In this document: in pieces, positions 38,064 to 46,774 of the stretch | Layout of the letters: every line of letters begins with the position of its first letter | How positions within the stretch are numbered: position 1 is the stretch's first letter | Origin: Gemmatimonadales bacterium | Lineage (GTDB): Bacteria; Gemmatimonadota; Gemmatimonadetes; Gemmatimonadales; GWC2-71-9 | DNA: 64,000 nucleotides | Direction of reading: 5' to 3' | Assembly: GCA_041613315.1 (NCBI GenBank) | Contig: JBFJHJ010000007.1 | Span: 25,759-89,758, forward strand | Program-made: the position numbers and the translations under genes | Notes under the pieces: model-generated | Database searches by the model: none | Told to the model about the DNA's origin: nothing | What the model saw: the letters and a program-made list of their open reading frames with translations, nothing else

Positions 38064-39472
38064 AGGTCCGCGTCGCCTCCAGCGATCTCCTGGTAGTGGG
38101 AGGTGGGTCCGCCGGCTTCGCCGCGGCGATCAAAGGCGCGGAACTGGGCGCTCGAGTCCTGCTGCTCGAAGGAGGCACCCTGGGCGGGACCTGCGTCAAC
38201 GTGGGGTGTGTGCCGTCCAAGACTCTGATCCGCGCCGCGGAAACGCACCATCGGCGCTCGCACCACGCCTTTGCAGGGATTCCGGCGACCAACGGGCGTC
38301 CCGACTGGAAGCGCGTCCGCGAGCAGAAGGACGGGCTGGTGGCGCAACTGCGGCAGGCCAAGTACCGGGACGTGCTCGCGTCGTACGACGGCGTCACGCT
38401 GGTCTCCCAGCGGGCGGCGCTGACCTCCGGCACCAGCGTGCGGCTCGCCGATGGAAGTGTCGTGACGGGTGCCAAAGTGATCGTCACGACCGGCGCGTCT
38501 CCGTGGGCGTCGCCGATTCCCGGGCTCGCGGAGGCGGCGGCGCTCGACAGCGCGTCGGCTATGGCGCTCGACGTGCTGCCGGACTCGCTGATCGTCATTG
38601 GGGCCGGCGCCGTGGGACTCGAGCTCGCCCAGACGTTTGCGCGGCTGGGCGTGCGTGTCACCGTCCTGGAGGCGCTGCCACAGATCGCGCCGGCGGAGGA
38701 CCCCGAGATCGGTGCGGCGCTCAGAGGCCACTTGGCCGCCGAAGGCATTGATCTGCACACGGGAGTGCGCGTGGAACGCGTCGGCCGCGACGGGCACTAT
38801 ACCGTCCATGTCGGTGGGGACGGTCGGCCGGAAGCGCTGAGGGCCGACCAGCTCCTCGTCGCGACCGGCCGGAGAGCCAATACCCGCGGGCTCGGGCTGG
38901 ACGCGGCCGGCGTCGCGCTCGGCCCGAGGGGCGAGATCAGGGTCAACGAGTACCTGCAGACGGCGAACGCCGACGTCTACGCGGCGGGGGACGTGCTGGG
39001 CGACCCCATGTTCGTCTATGTCGCCGCCTACGCCGGCGCGGTGGCGGCGGAAAACGCGCTGCGAGGTAATGCGCGGCACTACGATCTCAGCGGACTCCCA
39101 CGGGTCACGTTCACCGATCCTGCCGTGGCGGCCGTGGGGCTCACGGACGCGCAGGCGCGCGAGCGTGGCATCGCCGTCATCTCGGCGGTGCTCCCGCTCG
39201 AGCACGTGCCGCGGGCGCTCGCGGCACACGACACGCGGGGGCTGATCAAGCTCGTGGCTGACGCGCGGACCCGCCGGCTGGTGGGCGCCCACATCGTCGC
39301 CGCCGAGGCGGGGGAGATGATCACCGAACCGGCGCTCGCGATCCGTCACGGGCTCACGATCGAGGATCTCACGGCCGCCTTCCATCCCTATCTCACGCTG
39401 GCGGAGGGGATCAAGCTCGCGGCGCAAACCTTCGACAAGGACGTGGCGAAGCTCTCGTGTTGTGCGGCCTGA
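38060..39472 (+). CDS. merA: Mercuric reductase (no NmerA domain)
   Basis: GGGSAG, GGTCVNVGCVPSK, AKY, HPYLT, terminal LSCCAA. Confidence 0.95.
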   Translation: MKVRVASSDLLVVGGGSAGFAAAIKGAELGARVLLLEGGTLGGTCVNVGCVPSKTLIRAAETHHRRSHHAFAGIPATNGRPDWKRVREQKDGLVAQLRQAKYRDVLASYDGVTLVSQRAALTSGTSVRLADGSVVTGAKVIVTTGASPWASPIPGLAEAAALDSASAMALDVLPDSLIVIGAGAVGLELAQTFARLGVRVTVLEALPQIAPAEDPEIGAALRGHLAAEGIDLHTGVRVERVGRDGHYTVHVGGDGRPEALRADQLLVATGRRANTRGLGLDAAGVALGPRGEIRVNEYLQTANADVYAAGDVLGDPMFVYVAAYAGAVAAENALRGNARHYDLSGLPRVTFTDPAVAAVGLTDAQARERGIAVISAVLPLEHVPRALAAHDTRGLIKLVADARTRRLVGAHIVAAEAGEMITEPALAIRHGLTIEDLTAAFHPYLTLAEGIKLAAQTFDKDVAKLSCCAA

Positions 39473-39494
39473 TGAACCGATTGGTCGGTGTCGG

Positions 39495-40238
39495 ATGACG
39501 CATTCCGGCGACGTGGCCGCGCTGGCCGGAGCGCTGTCGAGAGTGATGCCCACGTTCGCGCCGCTCGAGCAGAGCCTGGCGGTGGAGCTGTACCGTCACC
39601 TCGCAGCCGGCGCCCCCGTGCGGCCCGAGGCCCTCGCGGAAGCGCTCGGCCTCCGCACGCGTGCGGTGGCGGCTCGCCTCGACGCACCGCATATGCGGGC
39701 GCTGCTGTTCTACGATGACGACCGACGCATCATCGGCTTTGGCGGCCTCACGATCGTGCCCATGCGCCACGAGTTTCGCGTCAACGGTCGCACGCTGTTT
39801 ACCTGGTGCGCCTGGGACGGCCTATTCATTCCGGAGGTGCTCGGGCTGAACGCCGAGATCACCTCGACGTGTCCGGAGACCGGGCAGACCGTACGTCTGA
39901 CGATGACACCGCGCGGGATCGCCGCCGCCGCGCCCGCCCACCTCGTGCTGTCGTTCCTCCTGCCTGACGCCCCTCTGTTCGAGCAGACGACCGCCGAAAC
40001 GGTGCGCAGCTTTTGTCACTTCATTCACTTCTTGGCATCGCCCCAGGCCGCCACCGCATGGACGGCTCGACACGAGGGGACGTTCGTGCTCTCGCTGGAC
40101 GACGGCGTCGTGCTCGGCACTCTGAACAACGCGGCACGATTTGGAGCGGCGCTCGCCGAAAGCGGTGCGACGGATGGCGGGCCGACCCGGGTCAACACCG
40201 TGGGGTCGTCGGACGCCGGACGGACGTCGGTTGGATAG
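39495..40238 (+). CDS. merB: Organomercurial lyase
   Basis: TWCAWD (catalytic Cys/Asp), STCP, RSFCHFIHF. Confidence 0.9.
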   Translation: MTHSGDVAALAGALSRVMPTFAPLEQSLAVELYRHLAAGAPVRPEALAEALGLRTRAVAARLDAPHMRALLFYDDDRRIIGFGGLTIVPMRHEFRVNGRTLFTWCAWDGLFIPEVLGLNAEITSTCPETGQTVRLTMTPRGIAAAAPAHLVLSFLLPDAPLFEQTTAETVRSFCHFIHFLASPQAATAWTARHEGTFVLSLDDGVVLGTLNNAARFGAALAESGATDGGPTRVNTVGSSDAGRTSVG

Positions 40239-40668
40239 CGCTCTCATCGTCGGGCGGAGCCTTCGGCTCATCGTCGGTGTGCTGCTGCTCGTGTGGATGT
40301 CCAGGCAGCTCGTCGCGGCCTCGGGGTCGGCGTGGCTCATCGTTGGGGCGCTCGTGCTCACGCTGACCTTCCTCTATGGTGGTGTGCACGCCGCGCTGTC
40401 CCGGACCTCCGGATCGATCAACCGGTGGCTCGGCGCGCTGCTGGCCCTCGGTCCCGCCGTGCTGGTGTGGGTGCTCGCGGGCGTCCACGGTGCCGTCGCC
40501 GTGATCCTGTTCATCGGGATCTCACTCATCGTCGCCGCGATCCGTGCGGATCCGGGGTGTGAGGTGATGGCGATTCCCGGTGCGGTCTCTGGGCGGCGGA
40601 CGCACCTGGTCTGCCTGGTATTCTCGCCCGTCGATTGGCTGGAGGCGCGACTGCGTCGCCGAGCCTAG
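40231..40668 (+). CDS. Small membrane protein with GCEV...CxxFSP motif (possibly DUF6410-like)
   Basis: TTG start overlapping the merB end; about 4 TM; ADPGCEVMAIP..THLVCLVFSPVDWLE. Confidence 0.7.
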   Translation: MDSALIVGRSLRLIVGVLLLVWMSRQLVAASGSAWLIVGALVLTLTFLYGGVHAALSRTSGSINRWLGALLALGPAVLVWVLAGVHGAVAVILFIGISLIVAAIRADPGCEVMAIPGAVSGRRTHLVCLVFSPVDWLEARLRRRA

Positions 40669-40678
40669 GCTGAAGCGT

Positions 40679-41593
40679 TTACCGCTCGCGGCGTCGGAGC
40701 TGCACGACGCGCGTGTTGCCGAAATCGACCACGTAGAGCGCACCCCCGGGCGCCGCCGCGACATCGGTCGGGAGTCGCAGCGAATCGGCAAATTGTCCGA
40801 GGTATCGACCGCGGTCGCTGAACACCTGCACGCGGTGGTTATAGAAGTCCGCGACGATGACCTGCCCCTCCCGCACCGCGAGCCCGGTTGCCACGCGGAA
40901 CCAGCCACGAAGCGGTCCGGGCAAGCCGAGTCCGAACGGGCCGCCCCAGCGCCGGACGCTTGACCCGTCCGGCCGAAACACCTGCACGCGGTGGTTGTAC
41001 GCGTCGGCGATGTAGAGCAGGGAATCGTCGGCCGCCACATCGGTGGGGTAGTGCAGCCGCCCGCCCCGGAAGCGGCCGGGCCGGCCGATGATTCGCGGGT
41101 GCGTATCGTTCAGGAGCTGCGCGCGATGATTATAGAAGTCGACCACCGCCACCGCGTCGCCGAACGGCGCCGCTCCGCCGGGCGCATCCAGTTCCCCCGG
41201 GGCGCTGCCGGTCGACCCTCCCACGATGCGCAGTCGCCGTCCTGCCGTGTCGAGCACGGCAATCCGATCCGCGAGGTACTCCGCCACGTACAGCCGGCCG
41301 TCGGCTCCGGGCGCGAGGTGCATCGGGCGGCGGAGGCCCACGGCCGACTCCGGCCAGACCGCGCGCCTGGCCCCGCTCGTGTCGAACACCACGATCGCGT
41401 TGCGTGCGGCATCGGTGACGTAGAGGCGGTCGTGGCGGTGGGTGATTCCGATGGGCTCTTCGAGGACCTCGCTCCCGAAAGCTCGCACCCAGTCGTACCG
41501 GACCGTGTCGCGGCGCAGGAGCGCTGGCGCCAAAACCGCAGCGGTGGCGGCGAGAATCGCCCCGCCGACCCCCGCTGCGATCGTGCGCGTCAT
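40679..41593 (-). CDS. Exported NHL-repeat beta-propeller protein
   Basis: N-terminal hydrophobic segment; repeated P.D/GVA...LYVAD..NHRVQVF units. Confidence 0.88.
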   Translation of the reverse strand: MTRTIAAGVGGAILAATAAVLAPALLRRDTVRYDWVRAFGSEVLEEPIGITHRHDRLYVTDAARNAIVVFDTSGARRAVWPESAVGLRRPMHLAPGADGRLYVAEYLADRIAVLDTAGRRLRIVGGSTGSAPGELDAPGGAAPFGDAVAVVDFYNHRAQLLNDTHPRIIGRPGRFRGGRLHYPTDVAADDSLLYIADAYNHRVQVFRPDGSSVRRWGGPFGLGLPGPLRGWFRVATGLAVREGQVIVADFYNHRVQVFSDRGRYLGQFADSLRLPTDVAAAPGGALYVVDFGNTRVVQLRRRER

Positions 41594-41603
41594 GGGTCGA
41601 GGC

Positions 41604-42485
41604 TCAGAACAATACGCGCGCGCCGAAGGCGGGTCGGACACCGACACCTGGCTGCGCGCCATGCAGGTCCTCGAGCACGGGGACCTGCAGACTTGCCTCG
41701 ACCAAGAGCTGCGGCAAGGGGACCCACTGCACACCGGGGCTCACGAAGCCGACGTGCCCGCCGCTGTCGGTGACGTTCACGTCATCCACTCGGTCGTGCA
41801 CCGTGATCGTGCCGTTCCACTCGAGGTAGAGCTGAACAGTCTGCGTCCGTACCGTCGCGATGTAGCCCGGGATGCGGAACCCCAGCGCGACGTCGTACCG
41901 GGTTGTCGCTCCGTGGCGGAAGCCGTCCGCCGAGGCGGTCCGGCTGTGTCCCACGTCGGCTGTGAGCCCCACTCGGCCGCGGACGAGCGTGCCGACTAAC
42001 GTGAGCGCAGCGCCCACCGCTCCGGCGCCGAGTTGGAGCGGCGGGGGGGCCGGCGTGCCGTCGCGGAACGTCGCGTTGGTCTCCCCCGTGGGAAGCCGCA
42101 CGACGCCCAGCACCGCCAGGCGGTTCGTGCCCCCCGGGCGGTCGCGGACGAAAAACGCCCACTTGGCCCCGATGGTGAGATCGCCGAGCCCGCCGATGGA
42201 GAGGAGCCCGCCATCGCCGGCGCCCGGCGCCCACATCCGGCGGACCACGACGGGCACCACGACCATGGTCGTCACACGCTCGTGCGGCGCCAGCGGCAGC
42301 ACGACGAGCGGTGCCACCACGGTCGTGACGCTTCCGCGGTGCACGACCGTGCCGAAGGCGCGCACGCCGCGTTGGGCGAAGGCGGTGGTGAGAGCCGTTT
42401 CGGTGTGAAAGGGCAGCCCCTGAGCGGCAAGCGGCGCAGGCACGCCGGCCAGGACCAGCACCGCGCCGAGGGCGCGTCGGGTCAT
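41604..42485 (-). CDS. Putative outer-membrane beta-barrel transporter (MetA-pathway/SphA-like)
   Basis: Signal peptide, GLGDLTIGAKW, LPTG, LQLGAG, amphipathic strands, terminal F. Confidence 0.75.
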   Translation of the reverse strand: MTRRALGAVLVLAGVPAPLAAQGLPFHTETALTTAFAQRGVRAFGTVVHRGSVTTVVAPLVVLPLAPHERVTTMVVVPVVVRRMWAPGAGDGGLLSIGGLGDLTIGAKWAFFVRDRPGGTNRLAVLGVVRLPTGETNATFRDGTPAPPPLQLGAGAVGAALTLVGTLVRGRVGLTADVGHSRTASADGFRHGATTRYDVALGFRIPGYIATVRTQTVQLYLEWNGTITVHDRVDDVNVTDSGGHVGFVSPGVQWVPLPQLLVEASLQVPVLEDLHGAQPGVGVRPAFGARVLF

Positions 42486-42832
42486 GCGCCGGGCCGGCGG
42501 ATCTCCCGCAGCGTGAAGCCGGCCCGCTTCACAGCCGCCCGAAGCTGGTCGTCGGTCACCGTCTTTCCGGCGCTCGCGCGGACATAGACGAGCCCGTCAC
42601 TGACGCGGATCACCAGCGTGTCGATCGTCGCGATCTCACGCAGGCGCTTCTCCAAGCCATGAGCGCAGAAGGGGCAGGACATGCCGTCCACGCGCAGGAC
42701 GGCCGTGGCGCCGGGCAGGATCGTATCGACGGCCGCCCCCCGGGCCCCGTCGGGTGCTGCCTGGGCCAAGAGCATGCCGGGGAGAGTGAGTCCCACAACG
42801 ACGGCGGCCTTCAGGATGTGAGTCGAACGCAT
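42482..42832 (-). CDS. Exported HMA-domain protein
   Basis: Signal peptide; VDGMSCPFCAHGLEKRL; AVKRAGF. Confidence 0.85.
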   Translation of the reverse strand: MRSTHILKAAVVVGLTLPGMLLAQAAPDGARGAAVDTILPGATAVLRVDGMSCPFCAHGLEKRLREIATIDTLVIRVSDGLVYVRASAGKTVTDDQLRAAVKRAGFTLREIRRPGA

Positions 42833-42870
42833 GGAGGCACCTCCGTTCCACTGGCAGACTTGCCACCACA

Positions 42871-42902
42871 AAGGTACACCTTAAACCTGACTTCAAGGTC
42901 AA
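42871..42902 (-). promoter_or_regulatory. Second MerR-type promoter/operator
   Basis: Minus strand -35 TTGACC (42897-902), 20-bp spacer, -10 TACCTT (42871-76); dyad ACCTTRAA-N6-TTYAAGGT (42878-99). Confidence 0.85.
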
Positions 42903-42911
42903 GGGGAGACG

Positions 42912-43340
42912 ATGACCTCATCGGATGGTCTGGATCTGCGCATCGGCGAGCTCGCGGCCCGGGCCGGCGTGCATCGGACGACGATTCGCTACTACGAGCG
43001 GGAGGGGCTCCTGCCCCGCCCAGCCCGCACGCCGGCTGGGTACCGCGCGTACGCGCCGGAGGATGTGCGGCAGCTCGAGTTTATCCGTCGAGCCAAGGCC
43101 CTGGGGCTCCGTCTCACCGACGTGCGCGAGGTCATGACGATCGCCGATAGCGGGCGCGTGCCGTGCTCACACCTGCGCGACCGGCTCGCCGGGCGTCTCG
43201 CGGAAGTGGAGGAGCGGCTGCGGCACCTGCGGAGCCTCCGGACCACGCTGCGTCGCGCCCTTCGGCGGTGCGATCGCGGAACGCCCGCGCGGGCCGGGTG
43301 CCGCTGTGCCGTGATCGAGGAGACTCCCCTCGCCCGCTGA
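42912..43340 (+). CDS. MerR-family divalent-metal regulator (ZntR/CadR-like)
   Basis: TIRYYEREGLL HTH; VPC; C-terminal RRCD...GCRCAVI. Confidence 0.85.
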   Translation: MTSSDGLDLRIGELAARAGVHRTTIRYYEREGLLPRPARTPAGYRAYAPEDVRQLEFIRRAKALGLRLTDVREVMTIADSGRVPCSHLRDRLAGRLAEVEERLRHLRSLRTTLRRALRRCDRGTPARAGCRCAVIEETPLAR

Positions 43341-43499
43341 CGGTCTCTCGATCGTTGGAGCCCACCCGCGTCGCGGCGGGATGGTCCGCCTCGCAACGCG
43401 GGCATAAGTTACTCGCCGACCGGGACCGTCACGCACGCCCGTGCGCGCGCGGGCCCGGCGGTCGGCGCACCGCCCCGCGCCATGCGGAGGTTCGAACAC

Positions 43500-44912
43500 A
43501 TGGCCCCGAAGGATTTCTTCGCCCTCGCCAAGACGCACCACGCCGAGATGGTGGACCTCAAGTTCACCGACCTCCTGGGCACCTGGCAGCACTGCTCCTT
43601 CCCAGTGGATACCTGGGATGACAGCACGTTCGCCGACGGAGTCGGCTTCGACGGCTCCTCCATCCGCGGCTGGCAGGGCATCCACGTCTCCGATATGCTC
43701 GCCGTGCCCGACCCCGCCAGCGCGTGCCTCGACCCCTTCTTCCGGGAGCCCACGCTCAGCGTGATTGCGGACATCGTGGACCCGGTGACCCGCGAGGACT
43801 ACTCGCGCGATCCCCGCCACGTGGCGCGGAAGGCCACCGAGTACCTGAAGCAGACCGGGATCGCCGATGTCTGCCACATCGGCCCCGAGCCCGAGTTCTT
43901 CATCTTCGACGAGGTCCGCTACGAGCAGAACGAGTACCGCGGGTTCTACCAGATCGACTCCGTCGAAGGCGCCTGGAACACGGCACGGTTCGAGGAGCCG
44001 AACCTCGGCTACAAGCCAAGCTTCAAAGGCGGGTACTTCCCGGTGAGCCCCACCGATACCTACCACGACCTCCGGGGCGACATGGTCGCCGAAATGCGGA
44101 AGATCGGGATCGTCGTCGAAGCGCACCATCACGAGGTGGGAACCGCGGGCCAGAGCGAGATCGACATGCAGTACGCGCCGCTCCTCAAGCAGGCGGACCA
44201 GTTCATGTGGTACAAGTACATCATCAAGAACGTCGCGAAGCGGCACGGCAAGACGGTCACCTTCATGCCGAAGCCGATCTTCCAGGACAATGGGAGCGGG
44301 ATGCACACGCATCTCTCGCTCTGGAAGGACGGCAAGCCGCTGTTCGATGGCGACGGCTACGCGGGACTCTCGCCGCTGGCGCTCCACGCGATCGGTGGCC
44401 TGCTGCGCCACGCGCCCGCCGTCCTCGCCTTCGCGGCACCGACGAATAACTCGTACCGCCGCCTGGTGCCGGGCTTCGAGGCGCCCGTGAATCTCGTGAT
44501 GTCCGCCCGCAACCGCTCGGCAGCCGTGCGGATCCCGATGTACTCGACCAACCCCAAAGCGCGACGGCTCGAGTTCCGCTGCCCCGACCCCAGCTGCAAC
44601 GGGTACCTGATGTTTTCAGCCCTGCTGATGGCGGTGCTCGACGGCATCCAAACGCAGACCGACCCCGGCGAGCCCCTCGATCGCGACATTTACGAGATGA
44701 CGCCGGAGGAGCTGGCGCGCTATCCGCACACGCCCGGGTCCCTGCCGGAAGCGCTGGCGGCGTTGGCGCGCGATCACGCGTTCCTCACCAAAGGCGGGGT
44801 GTTTACCGATGACCTGATCGAGACCTGGATCCGCTACAAGCAGGAGAACGAGCTGGAGCCGCTCCGTCTGCGGCCGCATCCGTACGAGTTCCATCTGTAT
44901 TACGACAGCTGA
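43500..44912 (+). CDS. glnA: Glutamine synthetase type I (beta)
   Basis: [48 protein letters not shown] adenylylation-like site. Confidence 0.97.
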   Translation: MAPKDFFALAKTHHAEMVDLKFTDLLGTWQHCSFPVDTWDDSTFADGVGFDGSSIRGWQGIHVSDMLAVPDPASACLDPFFREPTLSVIADIVDPVTREDYSRDPRHVARKATEYLKQTGIADVCHIGPEPEFFIFDEVRYEQNEYRGFYQIDSVEGAWNTARFEEPNLGYKPSFKGGYFPVSPTDTYHDLRGDMVAEMRKIGIVVEAHHHEVGTAGQSEIDMQYAPLLKQADQFMWYKYIIKNVAKRHGKTVTFMPKPIFQDNGSGMHTHLSLWKDGKPLFDGDGYAGLSPLALHAIGGLLRHAPAVLAFAAPTNNSYRRLVPGFEAPVNLVMSARNRSAAVRIPMYSTNPKARRLEFRCPDPSCNGYLMFSALLMAVLDGIQTQTDPGEPLDRDIYEMTPEELARYPHTPGSLPEALAALARDHAFLTKGGVFTDDLIETWIRYKQENELEPLRLRPHPYEFHLYYDS

Positions 44913-44913
44913 G

Positions 44914-45531
44914 ATGGTCGGGCGCGTGCCGCCCGCTTCGGCGGTCAGGGTCCTCTGGCTCGCCGCCGCGTTCGAGGGCGGGCTCCTGCTGCTCGCCTTC
45001 GCGTTGGGCTGGGCGCTGGGCACGCCCCCGTTTGCGCACCTCCGTCCAGCGTGGTCTGGCCTGCTATGGGGCGCGCTGGCCACCGTCCCCACACTCGTGG
45101 CGTTGAGGTGGTCGCTACAATCCGACTGGTCGCCATTGCGCCGGCTGCGGGAGGTGGCGCACCGCACCATCGTCCCCATCTTCGCCGGGTGTACGACGCT
45201 GGATCTCGGCCTGATCGCGCTCATGGCCGGTGTGGCCGAAGAAGCCTTCTTTCGCGGCGTGGTGCAGACCGCGCTCGCCGAGCGGTTCGATCCCACGCTC
45301 GGCCTGGTGCTCGCGAGTGTCCTCTTCGGCGTCATGCACCTGATCACGCCGGCCTACGCGCTCCTCGCAGCACTGGCCGGCGCCTACCTCGGCGTGCTGC
45401 TGATAGCGTTCGACAACCTCCTTGTGCCCGTCGTGGTGCACGGGTTGTACGACGGCGTGGCGCTGGTGTACCTGGGAAGGCGATTCCGTGCGGTCGATGA
45501 GGTGGGACCTGATGACGGGGCGGCGGCCTAA
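44914..45531 (+). CDS. CPBP (CAAX/Abi) intramembrane metalloprotease
   Basis: EEAFFRG, FGVMH, HGLYD. Confidence 0.9.
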   Translation: MVGRVPPASAVRVLWLAAAFEGGLLLLAFALGWALGTPPFAHLRPAWSGLLWGALATVPTLVALRWSLQSDWSPLRRLREVAHRTIVPIFAGCTTLDLGLIALMAGVAEEAFFRGVVQTALAERFDPTLGLVLASVLFGVMHLITPAYALLAALAGAYLGVLLIAFDNLLVPVVVHGLYDGVALVYLGRRFRAVDEVGPDDGAAA

Positions 45532-45560
45532 CGGATGACGTGGCCCGGCTGGCGCTGGGC

Positions 45561-46577
45561 CTACGGGATCAGCACGACCCGCCCGATGGGCTCGCCTTTG
45601 CCCAGCGCGTCCACGCCTTGTTGGAACCGGTCCAGCGGAAGGGTGCGGTCCACCACGGTCTCGACCACGCCCCGCGCGACGAGGTCCACCGCGCGCTGGA
45701 GCTCCGCCAGCGTGTTCCCCACCGACCCCATGACGCTCGCCTCCGTGATCACGAGCTGGATCGGGTGGACCGTGTAGCTGTCGTCGGAGTATCCGATGAA
45801 CACGAGCCGTCCCCGCTTGGCGAGCGCCTTGGTGCTCTGGTCCATCGTGGCGGCGGTCGCCACGAGCTCCATGACGACGTCGGCGCCGTGCCCGCCCGTG
45901 AGTTCCCGCACACGGTCCGCCACGGGCTCGGCGGCGGCGTCGATGCCGTGCGTCGCGCCCAGCGCCCGGGCCCGGTCGAGCTTGGCGGCGGTGCGGCTCA
46001 CCGCGATGACATCGGCGCCGGCGTGGCTCGCCAGCTGGACGATACCCAAGCCCACGCCGCCGATGCCGTAGACCAGCACCACGTCTCCCGAGGAGACGCG
46101 GGCGAGGGTCATCGCGTGGACGCCGGTGGTGACGCTGCAGCCGATGGGCGCCGCGGCCTCGTCGCTCACGTGCGCCGGGAGCCGGAGGCAGTTGCGTGCC
46201 GGCACCTTCACGGCCTCCGCGAAGCCACCGTCGGAAATGAAGCCGTACTCGGCGCGGAGCGCGCCGCAGAGATTTTCGTCTCCCCGGAGGCAGTGCTGAC
46301 ACCGCCCACAGCCGACGTAGTAGTAGACGATCACGCGGTCGCCCTCGGCGACCTCGGTGACCCCGGGGCCCGTCCGCTCCACGCGGCCCACGATCTCGTG
46401 CCCCAGGGTGAGCGGGTGGACGCCGAGGTTGAGGAGACCCGACAGGAAGTGCAGCTCGGTGTGGCACAGGCCGGCGGCCGCGATCCGGACGACCACCTCG
46501 CCGGGCCCCGGTGTCGGCGCGGGCACGTCTTCCAGCCGCATTGGCTGCTTCGGTCCGTGGTAGCGGACGGCGCGCAT
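45561..46577 (-). CDS. Zinc-dependent alcohol dehydrogenase
   Basis: GLCHTE, GHE, CGRCQHC..ENLC, GIGGVG. Confidence 0.92.
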   Translation of the reverse strand: MRAVRYHGPKQPMRLEDVPAPTPGPGEVVVRIAAAGLCHTELHFLSGLLNLGVHPLTLGHEIVGRVERTGPGVTEVAEGDRVIVYYYVGCGRCQHCLRGDENLCGALRAEYGFISDGGFAEAVKVPARNCLRLPAHVSDEAAAPIGCSVTTGVHAMTLARVSSGDVVLVYGIGGVGLGIVQLASHAGADVIAVSRTAAKLDRARALGATHGIDAAAEPVADRVRELTGGHGADVVMELVATAATMDQSTKALAKRGRLVFIGYSDDSYTVHPIQLVITEASVMGSVGNTLAELQRAVDLVARGVVETVVDRTLPLDRFQQGVDALGKGEPIGRVVLIP

Positions 46578-46774
46578 GTCTGGCTCCGAGCGAGGTTCTA
46601 CCGCTGTGTGCCGTCGTCAAGAGTAATGGGTAGGCGACCACGGCGCGACGCCGGCCAGCGGCCCACGTCCTTGCTCCCCCGCGTGCGGGGCGATAGTCTC
46701 TCACCGCGGCGTCGCCGGTCGAGCGTCGCGACATCCACCGTCCCTGTTCACCCCCGCGTTCGAGGTTGGTCTTC

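Noticed and set aside
36772..43480. Metal island as a transposon or integrated element
   Set aside because: No transposase, integrase, terminal inverted repeats or target duplications recognised
44914..45531. CPBP/Abi gene as phage defence
   Set aside because: Ordinary CAAX-type protease motifs, directly downstream of glnA, with no defence context
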